The notes under the pieces are model-generated. The model made no database searches, had not been told where the DNA came from, and saw nothing but the letters and a program-made list of their open reading frames with translations. 61,162 nucleotides of DNA from Collinsella sp. (lineage in GTDB: Bacteria > Actinomycetota > Coriobacteriia > Coriobacteriales > Coriobacteriaceae): contig JAIIWC010000001.1 in the NCBI GenBank assembly GCA_022745215.1, positions 1 to 61,162 on the forward strand, read 5' to 3'. This document shows positions 36,583-47,467 of the stretch, one piece after another. How positions within the stretch are numbered: position 1 is the stretch's first letter; each line of letters starts with the position of its first letter. The translations under genes and the position numbers were made by a program.

Positions 36583-37206
36583 ATGGCAAAGAAACCCGAT
36601 TCGTTCTACTTTGACAACTACGTCGCCTGCGCCGACCTCGCCGTCCAGGCCGCCGAGCTGCTTACCAAGATTTTCGAGAACTTCGATCCCGCAAAGATTC
36701 ACGATATGCTCGACAAGATGCATGCGATCGAGCATGCGGCCGACAAGAAGCACCATGAGCTTGAGGACGCCCTGCTCACCGCCTTTATCACCCCGCTTGA
36801 GCGCGAGGATCTGGACCTGATGAGCTGCTCGCTCGACACCGTGCTCGACCGCATCGAGGGCGTCGTGCAGCGCGTCTACTTCACCAACATCCAGAGCATC
36901 CATCCCGATGCCATCGTGATCGCCCACAAGGTGACCGACGCCTGCCGCGCCATGAAAGACCTGATGGTCGAGCTGCCTAACTACCGCAAGTCCAAAACGC
37001 TGCGCGAGCTCGTCATCCAGATCAACACCATCGAGTCCGAGGCCGACGAGCTCTATATCAACGCCATGCGTAACCTGCACGTTAACGGCAAGGACCCGCT
37101 CGAGGTCATCGCTTGGCGTGACGTGTACGCCTTCCTGGAGTACTGCGCCGACTGCTGCGAGAATGTAGCCGATGTTGTGGATTCGATTGTCATGAAGAAC
37201 AGTTAA
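36583..37206 (+). CDS. DUF47 family phosphate transport regulator
   Basis: EHAAD, FITPLEREDL, ESEAD, D.CENVAD; adjacent to pit. Confidence 0.9.
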   Translation: MAKKPDSFYFDNYVACADLAVQAAELLTKIFENFDPAKIHDMLDKMHAIEHAADKKHHELEDALLTAFITPLEREDLDLMSCSLDTVLDRIEGVVQRVYFTNIQSIHPDAIVIAHKVTDACRAMKDLMVELPNYRKSKTLRELVIQINTIESEADELYINAMRNLHVNGKDPLEVIAWRDVYAFLEYCADCCENVADVVDSIVMKNS

Positions 37207-37211
37207 TTGGG

Positions 37212-37320
37212 GGTACGTATCCCACCGGTCGCGGGCCCGACCACTAATACCTTTTTCACTCCGGCTGCAAGCAGAGTCGTTCAAAAGGTATTAGTGGTCG
37301 GGCCCGCTCCCTTACGTACC
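37212..37320. repeat. Long inverted repeat with 25-bp perfect arms
   Basis: GCGGGCCCGACCACTAATACCTTTT (37231-37255) and its complement (37283-37307); outer GGTACGTA/TACGTACC. Confidence 0.85.
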
Positions 37321-37490
37321 ACCATTGGGAACTTTGGCTGATAGGTTTAGCGCAATGGGGGTTTGGCTGAAGGGACCTTTGGTATCCATTCGGACACTTT
37401 GGCTCTTGATGAGCGATTGGCTGATTGCTGCTTTGGGTACTGTTTGGGTTACTTTGGGTTTGTTTGATTATTAATTGTTGGAGGGCTTGT

Positions 37491-38021
37491 ATGTCGTATT
37501 TGGATCTGGCTCGGTCTCGGTATTCTTGTCGTTTGTTTGAGGATCGTCCTGTTGAGCAGGCTGTGGTGGACGCCATTGTTGAGGCTGGGCGTATTGCTCC
37601 TTCTGCTTGTAATAATCATCCAGCCCGTGTGATGGTGCTGGATACGCCTGAGCTGTTGGAGAAGGCTGCTGCTTGTCAGCCTCGGTTTGCTCGTGATGGG
37701 TCTATCTTTGGAGCTCCGCTTGTCTTCCTTATTTGCAGCGTTACCGATGATGCTTGGGTGCGCCCGTATGACCAGATGAATTCCAGTGAAATCGATACGT
37801 CCATCGTGTGCGACCAGATGATGATGGAGGCCACCGAGCAGGGCCTGGGAACGTGCTGGGTATGCCATTTTAAGCCTGAGGTGGCACAGGAGCAGTTCAA
37901 TCTGCCCAAGGGCGTCTATTCCTATCACATGCTCGTCTGTGGCTATCCCGCCGACCACATCGCCGATCCCGAGCATCGCGAGGCCCGCACTATTCCCCTC
38001 TCCAACTTCCTCCTCAAGTAG
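37491..38021 (+). CDS. Nitroreductase family protein
   Basis: RYSCR.F, AGRIAPSACN, GLGTCWV, GYP. Confidence 0.9.
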   Translation: MSYLDLARSRYSCRLFEDRPVEQAVVDAIVEAGRIAPSACNNHPARVMVLDTPELLEKAAACQPRFARDGSIFGAPLVFLICSVTDDAWVRPYDQMNSSEIDTSIVCDQMMMEATEQGLGTCWVCHFKPEVAQEQFNLPKGVYSYHMLVCGYPADHIADPEHREARTIPLSNFLLK

Positions 38022-38186
38022 TTTTTAGACATACCTTAAAATCTACCTTTTACCACGCGCCCTTCGCCGAGTTCTGTCCTATCGCATGCAGAGCTCGGCG
38101 TTTTGTTTCCCAACCCGTATACAGCCACAAAAAAGGAGCCCGCAGGTGCGAGCTCCTCTTAAGGACACTAGATTGTAGCTCTGATG

Positions 38187-38861
38187 CTAGTCCAGGTCGT
38201 CGGCGGCAAAGTTGTCGATCGGGGCGAAGGGATCGGCCACGGGGACAACCGGGTCAGCGACGGGCAGCGGCTCGGCGGGAACAGTCACCGCAGGAGAAGC
38301 GGCAGAACCGACCGGCGTGGAGGCCATGAGGTCGGCCGGGAAGGAGTTCTGGGCATCGTCCATGAAGTGCTGGATGAGCTTGAGGTACTCGGCCTTGAAC
38401 TCCTCGCGGGAAGCCTTGAGACGATCGATTTCCTCGAGCTCGGCCTGCTTCTCGGTCAGAGCCTGGCGGATAACCTCGCGTGCCTTAGCGTCAGCCTCGT
38501 TGCGGATACGCTCGGCGTTCTCGTTGGCATCGTTGACGATGGTCTCAGCGGTCTGCTGGGCAGCGATCAGGGCAGCGGAAATCTGGCGCTCCTGAGCGGA
38601 GAAGTCAGGGGCGGGAGCAGCCACGGGGGCGGCAGGAACGGCTTGGGCGGTGGCATCCTGAGCCTGGGCAAGCTGAGCCTGCGCATCGGCAAGCTGCTGC
38701 TCGGTAGCAGTCAGGCGACCCTTAAGGTCGACGATCTTAGCGAGCATAGCGTCAACCTCGGAGGACAGCGTCTCCAAGAAGACGTCGACCTCGGCGGGAT
38801 CGTAGCCACGCTTGGCCTCAGAGAAAGTCTGAGCCTGGATGTCTGCAGGGGTAATAGCCAT
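38187..38861 (-). CDS. divIVA: DivIVA domain protein
   Basis: ITPADI...F...RGYDPAEVDVFL followed by a coiled coil; end of the ylm cluster. Confidence 0.92.
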   Translation of the reverse strand: MAITPADIQAQTFSEAKRGYDPAEVDVFLETLSSEVDAMLAKIVDLKGRLTATEQQLADAQAQLAQAQDATAQAVPAAPVAAPAPDFSAQERQISAALIAAQQTAETIVNDANENAERIRNEADAKAREVIRQALTEKQAELEEIDRLKASREEFKAEYLKLIQHFMDDAQNSFPADLMASTPVGSAASPAVTVPAEPLPVADPVVPVADPFAPIDNFAADDLD

Positions 38862-38922
38862 AACAAGTCTCCTTTTTCATCGCCTCGGCGCTACACGCCC
38901 GACGTAAGTTACTAAGTCAGTT

Positions 38923-39204
38923 CTATACGAGTATACCTATAAGAAGCTGCAGAACCAGCCTCTGCACCAACTGCAACGCAATAATCGCAACGACCGGCGA
39001 AAAATCGATACCGCCCATCGGCGGGATGAAACGACGGAACAGGTTGAGCCACGGACCGCACACGCTATCGAGCACCGCAGCAATATCCTGAAGCAAACCA
39101 CCCTGCTTCATGGGAATCCACGTCATAAAGCAGTAGACGACAATGAGCGTGGAATAGAAGTTGAACAGCGTGTTGACCAGCTGGACGATAGTGTAGATGT
39201 TGAT
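38923..39204 (-). CDS. yggT: YggT/YlmG family membrane protein, apparent ATC start
   Basis: WIP, P.LNLFRRFIP, GGIDFSPVVA; the N-terminal TM segment lies upstream of the first ATG and GAGGAG sits 6 nt before ATC 39204. Confidence 0.8.
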   Translation of the reverse strand: MNIYTIVQLVNTLFNFYSTLIVVYCFMTWIPMKQGGLLQDIAAVLDSVCGPWLNLFRRFIPPMGGIDFSPVVAIIALQLVQRLVLQLLIGILV

Positions 39205-39225
39205 GGGAATCTCCTCGTCTTGTCT

Positions 39226-39948
39226 TTACTTAAGGTAGCCGTCGGCACGAAGCTTCTTGAGATCGGAATCTTTGACCTCGCAGCCGGCGGGCAGCACCAT
39301 GAACACGCGGTCGCCCACCTCCTTGACCGTGGCACCCAGACCGCAGGCAAAGCCGTAAGAGAAGTCCAAGACGCGCTTAGCAACTTCGGTGCGTACGCCC
39401 ACAAAAATCAGTGCGACAGGCTGCTTGGTGCGAACGCGGCGCACCACGGTCTCCACGTCGTCATAGCTCTCGGGGCGCAGGACATAGGCCGGCAGCTGCG
39501 GCGTGGCGTTGATGATATTGCTCGCATAGGCCGAGGCATCACTCGGTGCAGGCGCGGGCGCAGCGGCGGCACGGGCGCGGGTGTTCTCGGCGTAGCTCGA
39601 CGGCGTGTCATAGGCACCAGGACGATAACCGCTCGCAACACTGTCCTGCGAGCGCGAAGGCGGGTTATACGTCGTGGCATGGCGGGAGTCATCGCCGACC
39701 AGCTGACCGGAGCGCGTATACACGGCAACCGACTCAGCTTCACCGCGGCGCGTCTGACCAAGCAGGCCGTTGCTCGGCTCGTCTTGGGTGTAGAAGCCCT
39801 CGCCCGAAGCACCGCCGTAGCCGTTGCCCTGATAACTATCGTCATAGCCGTCATCGTAGCCGTAGTCGTCGTCCTGGCCATAACCCTGGTCGTAACCCTG
39901 CTGGCCGCCCAGGTGCATCTTATTTTTAATCTCGTCAAGGAAGCCCAT
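39226..39948 (-). CDS. sepF: Cell division protein SepF
   Basis: P.SYDD, AKRVLDF..G, VFMVLP; between yggS and yggT. Confidence 0.9.
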   Translation of the reverse strand: MGFLDEIKNKMHLGGQQGYDQGYGQDDDYGYDDGYDDSYQGNGYGGASGEGFYTQDEPSNGLLGQTRRGEAESVAVYTRSGQLVGDDSRHATTYNPPSRSQDSVASGYRPGAYDTPSSYAENTRARAAAAPAPAPSDASAYASNIINATPQLPAYVLRPESYDDVETVVRRVRTKQPVALIFVGVRTEVAKRVLDFSYGFACGLGATVKEVGDRVFMVLPAGCEVKDSDLKKLRADGYLK

Positions 39949-40008
39949 GGTTGTGTCCTCTCGCGGTTTAGTGCAGGCGCCCCGATAATCAGTGCGCACT
40001 TCAGAGCC

Positions 40009-40746
40009 TTATTTTACTGCAAACTCCGGGCTAAATACTACCCTGCCCAGGCGAACGAGCGTAGAGCCCTCCTCAAGGGCAGGCTCAAAGTCCTCGCTCA
40101 TGCCGCAGGAAAGCTCAGGCAGGTTCAAATCGGGATGCGCAGCCTCCAGCTCATCCCTCAGCTCACGAAGCCCCGCAAAGGTGCGGCGTGCCACATCCTT
40201 ATTCCCCCGGGGCGCCATAGTCATAAGCCCCTGTACGCAAATTCCCTCAAGTTCCGCAAGCTCACCCGCGGCGGCGCGAATCTCATCGGGCGAAAAGCCT
40301 CCCTTCGACTCCTCACCACTCACATTGACCTCGATGAGCACACGCTGGGGGCCGGCGAGCTCGCCTGCCTCAATCTTGCGGACAGCACGGCTCGAGATCG
40401 CCTGTGCCAGATGCAGCGAACCCACCGAGTGAATCAGCTCGGCTGAGCCCAGCACCGCATTGATCTTATTGGTCTGCAGGTTGCCGATCATATCGAAGCG
40501 CACCTCGGGCAGCTCCGGATGCTCCGCCAGACCCGTGAGCTTGTGAACCAGCTCCTGCGGGCGGTTCTCGGCAAAATGGCGATACCCCGCCTGGATGGCA
40601 GCAACAGTCTCATCGACACCAACGGTCTTGGACACGGCAATGAGGCGCGCGGCGTCGTGGGGGCGGCCCGCGCGATCGAGCGCCGCATAAAAACGTTCCA
40701 GAATCTGCTCGCGGCGAGCGCGCATCAAATCCAAATAGTTATCCAT
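40009..40746 (-). CDS. yggS: PLP homeostasis protein YggS/YlmE
   Basis: LIAVSKT, ENRPQE, IGNLQTNK, GLMTMAP, GMSEDF, VRLG. Confidence 0.93.
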   Translation of the reverse strand: MDNYLDLMRARREQILERFYAALDRAGRPHDAARLIAVSKTVGVDETVAAIQAGYRHFAENRPQELVHKLTGLAEHPELPEVRFDMIGNLQTNKINAVLGSAELIHSVGSLHLAQAISSRAVRKIEAGELAGPQRVLIEVNVSGEESKGGFSPDEIRAAAGELAELEGICVQGLMTMAPRGNKDVARRTFAGLRELRDELEAAHPDLNLPELSCGMSEDFEPALEEGSTLVRLGRVVFSPEFAVK

Positions 40747-40865
40747 TGCCAATCGCCTCCGCTGACAGCCAAACAAGTAGTCCCATGCTAACGCAAGAGC
40801 GCGGCCCCGCATGTGCAAGGCCGCGCTCACTTAGGTATTTACAATCTTTCGACGAACGGGGCTAC

Positions 40866-41723
40866 TTACTCCTCGTCGTCCTCGCCATCGTCCTCGTCCT
40901 CAAGATGATCGAGCAGGTAGCGAAGACCCTCGCTGACCTCGTTGGCGGGCACCTTGGCAACGTAGCGCGCGTCGACGGCGGGCCTCATGATAACACCCTC
41001 GCCCGAAGGCACGCGCATGCTCTCGAGCTCGTCCTCATCAGTGCGGGCGATATCGCCGGCGTTCATACGCTGACCAGTCAACAGGAAGGTCAGACGGCAA
41101 GCGGCATCGATGGAAATGGAAGCGATGCGATCGAGGTAGCGCGAAACCATGATGGCGCGGCGCAGGTCGTCATAGTTGCTGTCGTCGTCCATAAAGTCGC
41201 CTGTATCCATACGGTTAAAGGTGCGGAAGAACTTCTCGTAGGCGGCGTGCACTGGCTCGTCCTCGACGGCCAGGTTGCAGATGATGGACATGTCATTGGT
41301 GACGAGCGCAGAAAGCGAAGAGCCCAGCACCTGGTAAACAGCTTCGGCCTCGGCCTCAACCGTACCGACGAGCTCCTGGGGCAGCGAGATGTCGGCCTTG
41401 ATCATATGACGCGTGGCACGGCAGATCTGACGGACCTTATCGGTCATGCGCTGCAGGTTAAAGTCGACGTAGATGATCGTCTGAAGCAGGCGGAAGTCGG
41501 AGGCGACCGGTGACTGCGTGGCGATCAGGTTGTAGCAGACGGCCTCCAGGTTGGCGCAGCGCGCGTCAATCGAAAGCGTACGTTTCTTGGTCTTGGTGGC
41601 GAGCTTGCGGTCGTCGGTCACATAGGCCTTCACGGCATCGTGGAGAGCCAGATCGACGGCCTCATAGATGCTCAGCATCTCGTGACGGGCCTCGACGAGC
41701 TGACGGGAAAACAGTTTGCGCAT
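40866..41723 (-). CDS. phoU: Phosphate signalling regulator PhoU
   Basis: QSPVASDFR, L.RM.D, RYLDRI; follows pstB. Confidence 0.88.
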   Translation of the reverse strand: MRKLFSRQLVEARHEMLSIYEAVDLALHDAVKAYVTDDRKLATKTKKRTLSIDARCANLEAVCYNLIATQSPVASDFRLLQTIIYVDFNLQRMTDKVRQICRATRHMIKADISLPQELVGTVEAEAEAVYQVLGSSLSALVTNDMSIICNLAVEDEPVHAAYEKFFRTFNRMDTGDFMDDDSNYDDLRRAIMVSRYLDRIASISIDAACRLTFLLTGQRMNAGDIARTDEDELESMRVPSGEGVIMRPAVDARYVAKVPANEVSEGLRYLLDHLEDEDDGEDDEE

Positions 41724-41815
41724 GGTTCACTCCAATCAGTTGGGTGCGGTCATGCAGCCCGCACAGTGAATACGCACCGGACCAGGTCCGATCGGCTTGG
41801 GACTAGTCGCACCGA

Positions 41816-42619
<804 letters not shown>

Positions 42620-42631
42620 GGGACTCCTTAA

Positions 42632-43537
42632 CTAGCGACGCTTGCGCGACAGGAAGCGCGCAAACAGGTTGAAGGCCAGAATGATCACCATCAGCAAGAG
42701 CGCGGTGCCGTAGGCTGCGTTCATGTTGATGCCGTCGTTGGCAAGCAGGTACAGGTGAACGGTCATGGGGCGGCCGGAATCGAGCGGCGAGATAGGTAGA
42801 TTGATGGCCTGGCCCATGGTGTAGAGCACCACGGCGGTCTCGCCAATGGCACGGCCGATGGCAAGGACAATGCCCGTGGCAATACGGCCAAAGGCAGAAG
42901 GAAGCACGATCTTGGAGACAACCTGCCACTTGGTGGCGCCCAGGCCATACGCGCCCCAACGGATATAGCGCGGAACGGCGCGAATGGCCTCTTCGGTGGT
43001 GCGCATGACGATGGGAAGCATCAAGAGCGCGAGCGCCAGAGCGGCCGAGACCATCGAAAGGCCCAGACCCATAGCCTCGACAAACAAGGCGTAGCCAAAC
43101 AGGCCCATAACGATGGAGGGCACCGAGGCCAAAGCGTCAGCAGCGTAGCGAATGAGCTCGACGATCTTGCCCTGCTTGGCGTACTCGGCCAGATAGACGG
43201 CTGCCAGCACAGCGATCGGCGTGCAGATAAGCATGGCGAGCGCCGTCACATAGACGGTCGAGACGATCGTGGGCCAAATACCGCCCTCGGCGTTGACGCC
43301 CTGGGGCCAACCGAAGATAAAGTCGAGCGAGATGTGTGGCAGGCCGTTGATGACCACGTAGGCGATGATAGCGACCAGCACCAGCGTGGTGATGTATGCC
43401 GCGGCACGGAACACGCCAAGCATGATCTTGTTGGACAGGTCCTTGTTGATGCGGCCCTTCTTGCCGTGGGAAAGGGCACGCTTGATGCGCTCGCGCGACG
43501 AGGTCGTATCGACCGTCGTGTCAACGGAATCGGACAT
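42632..43537 (-). CDS. pstA: Phosphate ABC transporter permease
   Basis: GGI.P.I, YLAEY, VPSIV.GLF, TEEAI.AVP, RAIGETA. Confidence 0.94.
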   Translation of the reverse strand: MSDSVDTTVDTTSSRERIKRALSHGKKGRINKDLSNKIMLGVFRAAAYITTLVLVAIIAYVVINGLPHISLDFIFGWPQGVNAEGGIWPTIVSTVYVTALAMLICTPIAVLAAVYLAEYAKQGKIVELIRYAADALASVPSIVMGLFGYALFVEAMGLGLSMVSAALALALLMLPIVMRTTEEAIRAVPRYIRWGAYGLGATKWQVVSKIVLPSAFGRIATGIVLAIGRAIGETAVVLYTMGQAINLPISPLDSGRPMTVHLYLLANDGINMNAAYGTALLLMVIILAFNLFARFLSRKRR

Positions 43538-43540
43538 AGC

Positions 43541-44467
43541 CTACCCCCTCTTCTTCTTGGAAACCAGACGGACGACGCCCACCAGCGTGGCGGAAATGAT
43601 AAACAGGACCACGCCCATGCCGAACAGCGCCGAGCGATGCAGACCCGAGGAATAGCTCATGTCGAGCGCAATCTGGCTCGTGAGCGTCGAGATGGGGCTC
43701 GCAATGCTGTCGGGAATAACCGGGGCGTTACCCACGACCATGAGCACGGCCATGGTCTCGCCGATGGCACGGCCCATACCCAGCACGATGGCATCCACGA
43801 TACCCAGCTTGGCGGCAGGTAACACGACCTTATAGATAGTCTGCCACTTGGTGGCGCCCATGGCATACGATGCCTCGCGAATGCCCATGGGAATGGAATT
43901 GAGAGCATCGATGGTAAGCGTCGTGATGGTGGGCACGATCATAATGGCGAGCACGAACCACGCCGTCAGCGCGCCAAAACCAAGACCGCCGGTCAGTTGT
44001 GCGATAAACGGGCGGATGATGATCATGCCAAAGAAGCCATAGATGATAGAAGGGATGCCGGCCAACAGGTCAACGGCAGGGCTGATGAGCTTGCGCACGC
44101 GCTTGCTGGCGATCTCGACCAGATACACGGCCGTGCCCACGCCTAGGGGCACACCCATGGCGAGCGCACCGACGGTCACCAGACCCGAGCCAGCAAGCAG
44201 CGACACGATGCCGTAGTGACCCTCAGAGGGCGCCCACGTAAAGCTAAAGAAGTCCGCCAGACCGATGTCGGTAAAGACGGGCAGCGCCGAGTACGTGGTA
44301 AAGACAAAAATCAGGATGACGGTAACAACCGCCAAGAACGCGCAGGCAAAGAAAATCCACTGCAGCGCCTTCTCCTTGATATAGGTGCTGCGCGATACGA
44401 GCGCCAGCTCGCGCTTCTTGGGCGCCTGAGCATTCTGCTCAGTCTGGGAGTTTTCCTGTGCTTCCAT
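43541..44467 (-). CDS. pstC: Phosphate ABC transporter permease
   Basis: LAGIPSIIYG, REASYAMGAT.WQ, GRAIGETMAV.MV.GN. Confidence 0.94.
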   Translation of the reverse strand: MEAQENSQTEQNAQAPKKRELALVSRSTYIKEKALQWIFFACAFLAVVTVILIFVFTTYSALPVFTDIGLADFFSFTWAPSEGHYGIVSLLAGSGLVTVGALAMGVPLGVGTAVYLVEIASKRVRKLISPAVDLLAGIPSIIYGFFGMIIIRPFIAQLTGGLGFGALTAWFVLAIMIVPTITTLTIDALNSIPMGIREASYAMGATKWQTIYKVVLPAAKLGIVDAIVLGMGRAIGETMAVLMVVGNAPVIPDSIASPISTLTSQIALDMSYSSGLHRSALFGMGVVLFIISATLVGVVRLVSKKKRG

Positions 44468-44468
44468 G

Positions 44469-45305
44469 CTACTCACTCCCCTTCTCGTCGTTGGTGACGG
44501 GAATAAAGCCCGCCTCGCGAATCTGCTTGTCCATCTTTTCGGACGTCACGTAGTCGATGTAATCCTGCGCCTGCTGCGAAGGCGCACCCTTCACAAAGAA
44601 GTAAAGGTCGCGCGAGATGGGATAGCCGCCACTCGCGACCGTCTTCTCGGACGCCTCAACATGATTGACCGAGACGGCCTTGACCGAGGTCTTGGCGTTG
44701 AGGCTATCGACGAAGCCCAGCGAAATGTAGCCGATAGCCCCGCGCGAACGAGATACCACGTCGCGCACCTGGCCCGTGCCCGAAAGAACGGCGGAGCGGC
44801 GATCGAACGGGGTGCCGTCCATCACGATGGTGCGGAAGGCTTCACGCGTGCCAGACGCCTCATCTCGGTTGATAACCTGAATCCTCAGGTCCTCGCCACC
44901 GACTTCTTTCCAGTTGGTGATCTTGCCGGCATAGATATCGCGGAGCTGCTCGGTCGAGAGGTTATCGACGGGGTTGTCTTCGTTCACGATGACCGCGATA
45001 CCGTCGTGGGCAATGACGATGGGAGTCAGGCCCAGATCCCGTTCGTCGGCATTGAGTCCACGGGAGGAGCTGGCGATATCGGCCGTGCCAGCGCTGACGG
45101 CTTCGATGCCAGCGGAAGAGCCCAAACCGGAAACGAGCACGTCGATGCCGGTCTCCTCCTTAAAGCCCTCTGCCGCAATCTCGGCGATAGGAAGGCAGGT
45201 CGTGGAGCCGGCCACGGTAATGGAAGAGGTAGAAGATCCCGAAGAACAGGCGCACAGCGTAAGCGTAAGCACAGCGGCGCTCAGGACCGATACGATCTTT
45301 CTCAT
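44469..45305 (-). CDS. pstS: Phosphate ABC transporter binding lipoprotein
   Basis: LCAC lipobox; GSTT, GSSAGI, SSR, R..ASGTR, YPISR. Confidence 0.93.
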   Translation of the reverse strand: MRKIVSVLSAAVLTLTLCACSSGSSTSSITVAGSTTCLPIAEIAAEGFKEETGIDVLVSGLGSSAGIEAVSAGTADIASSSRGLNADERDLGLTPIVIAHDGIAVIVNEDNPVDNLSTEQLRDIYAGKITNWKEVGGEDLRIQVINRDEASGTREAFRTIVMDGTPFDRRSAVLSGTGQVRDVVSRSRGAIGYISLGFVDSLNAKTSVKAVSVNHVEASEKTVASGGYPISRDLYFFVKGAPSQQAQDYIDYVTSEKMDKQIREAGFIPVTNDEKGSE

Positions 45306-46102
45306 AGCATCACGCCGATCGCGGCATGGCGCCCACAGGTGCCGTCCTCGTTACGGTAGGAATAAAAGCGGTCGTTCTGACGCACGGTCGAAAGCTGGGT
45401 ATTCACGATATTATCCGCGTCGACACCGACATCTACCAGCGCCTCGCAAATGGCAGCGGAAAGATCGAGCATGCGAGAGGCACTCGCATCGATGCAAGAG
45501 AACTCGGCGGCAAAGCGATCCATGAGCTCCTGGGAAACCTCGTACTCGTCACCCAGGATATGGGGCCCGATATAGGCGGAAACGTCGCTCGCATCGCAGC
45601 CGGCAGCATCGCAAAGCGCCTGGCACGCCTTGGCAGAAATACGTGCAATCGTGCCCTTCCAACCGGAGTGCACCACGGCAAATCCGCCGGGGGCCACCAG
45701 CACCACGGGAACGCAGTCGGCAAAGCAGAGCAGCACGGGCACGTCATGGGCCGTACAGACGATGGCATCGCAGCCCTCGGCAATCTGCTCGCGAACAGCC
45801 TCAAGATCGTCGGCGCCGTTCGAAGTCACCGTAACGATATGGTCACCATGTACCTGATTGGGCACGAGCAGATTATGCTCGCACTCAGTGGCACCCATAG
45901 CTTCGAGCGCTCGACGACGATTTTCTTGAACAGCAAAGGGGTCATCGCCTACATGCGAGCCCAGGTTGAGCGAGGAGTACGCATCTTCAGAAACGCCACC
46001 GGTGCGCTCGGTAAAGGCAAAACGGACATCGGATGTCGCGCCCTCCACCAACGTAACTCCATCATGGTCGACACGCGAAACCCTGTCCGCACGTGCTGCC
46101 AT
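45302..46102 (-). CDS. pgeF: Peptidoglycan editing factor PgeF/YlmD (laccase-like domain)
   Basis: FTERTGG.S, LNLG, QVHG, ADCVP, HSGWKG, FYSYR. Confidence 0.92.
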   Translation of the reverse strand: MAARADRVSRVDHDGVTLVEGATSDVRFAFTERTGGVSEDAYSSLNLGSHVGDDPFAVQENRRRALEAMGATECEHNLLVPNQVHGDHIVTVTSNGADDLEAVREQIAEGCDAIVCTAHDVPVLLCFADCVPVVLVAPGGFAVVHSGWKGTIARISAKACQALCDAAGCDASDVSAYIGPHILGDEYEVSQELMDRFAAEFSCIDASASRMLDLSAAICEALVDVGVDADNIVNTQLSTVRQNDRFYSYRNEDGTCGRHAAIGVML

Positions 46103-46257
46103 ACTAAAGCCTCCTAATAACACAAGTACCGCGGCGTCGCCGCGCAGTCCGCGTTTATACGGCTGTCATACTTCCTTAAAAGGATACCCGCAGCGGTAGG
46201 GACCAAACGTAAAGGGAACGTAAGGAGATTGGAGGCTTTCGTTTACAAACGAGAAAC

Positions 46258-46290
46258 AAAACGGGGTGCATCCAAATGGACACACCCCGT
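46258..46290 (-). terminator. ftsZ terminator
   Basis: ACGGGGTG...CACCCCGT then TTTGTTT on the minus strand. Confidence 0.65.
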
Positions 46291-46312
46291 GCAGGTCGTT
46301 GAGAAAAACGAA

Positions 46313-47467
46313 CTAGAAGCTACCGCGCTTTAGGAAGTCGGGAAGCTCGAACTGGTCGTTGCCAAAGTTGGGCAGCTCGGTACCACCGACGTTGCGGGTC
46401 GGAGCGGCCTGAGCCGGGCTGGCAGCCGGAGCGGTGCGCTGCGGCTCAGCGGAGGCAGCGGCCTTGCTCTGAGACTGCTGAGCAGCAAAGAGCTCGTCCT
46501 GACGGTTGACGTTGGAATCGGAGAAGCCCGTAGCGATGACGGTGATACGCACCTGATCGCCCAGGGACTCGTCGACAACGGTACCGAAGATGATGTTGGC
46601 CTCGGGGTCGACGGCGTTGGCGACAACGTCGGCGGCGTCGCTGATCTCCTGGATGCCCAGGTCCTTGGAACCGGCGATGGAGAGCAGCACGCGCGTGGCA
46701 CCATCGATGGAGCTCTCGAGCAGCGGGCTGGAGATGGCCTGCTGGGCAGCGTCGACGGCACGAGTATCCCCAGAAGAGGTACCGATACCCATCATGGCGG
46801 TACCGGCCTGCTTCATGATGGTCTTAACATCGGCGAAGTCCAGGTTGATGATACCGGGGACGGTGATGAGGTCGGTGATGCCCTGGGTGCCCTGGGAAAG
46901 GACGCCATCGGCAATCGCGAAGGCCTCGAGCATGGTGGTCTTCTTCTCGGCGATGTCGAGCAGCTTATCGTTAGGGATGACGATCATGGTGTCGACGCAA
47001 TCGGAGAGGGTCTTGATGCCCTCCTCGGCGCTCTTCTTGCGCTTGCGGCCCTCGAAGGTGAAGGGCTTGGTCACGACGGCGACGGTCAGTGCGCCGACCT
47101 CGTTCATCGCGATATCGGCAACGATGGGAGCAGCGCCGGTACCGGTGCCGCCGCCCTCACCGCAGGTGATAAACACCATGTCGGCGCCAGCGAGCGCCTC
47201 GGCAATGTCGTCGCGGGACTCATCGGCAGCCTTGCGGCCAACCTCGGGGTTGGCGCCGGCGCCCAAGCCGCGGGTAAGGTCGGTGCCGATGTGCACCTTG
47301 ATATCGGCATCAGAGATCGCGAGTGCCTGAGCATCGGTGTTGATGGCAACAAACTCGACGCCGCGGATGCCCTCTTCGATCATTCGATTGACCGCGTTGG
47401 TACCGCCGCCGCCGACGCCGACCACCTTAATGACGGCAAGGTAGTTGTTGATCTCTGTCTCGTGCAT
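46313..47467 (-). CDS. ftsZ: Cell division protein FtsZ
   Basis: GVGGGG.NA, GGGTGTG, NLDFAD, C-terminal LPDFLK. Confidence 0.98.
   Translation of the reverse strand: MHETEINNYLAVIKVVGVGGGGTNAVNRMIEEGIRGVEFVAINTDAQALAISDADIKVHIGTDLTRGLGAGANPEVGRKAADESRDDIAEALAGADMVFITCGEGGGTGTGAAPIVADIAMNEVGALTVAVVTKPFTFEGRKRKKSAEEGIKTLSDCVDTMIVIPNDKLLDIAEKKTTMLEAFAIADGVLSQGTQGITDLITVPGIINLDFADVKTIMKQAGTAMMGIGTSSGDTRAVDAAQQAISSPLLESSIDGATRVLLSIAGSKDLGIQEISDAADVVANAVDPEANIIFGTVVDESLGDQVRITVIATGFSDSNVNRQDELFAAQQSQSKAAASAEPQRTAPAASPAQAAPTRNVGGTELPNFGNDQFELPDFLKRGSF

Noticed and set aside
37320..37760. Horizontally acquired low-GC island at the nitroreductase
   Set aside because: The bias is strand-specific (T up, A not) and fades within the gene, with no mobility genes; reported instead as a C-to-T shadow.
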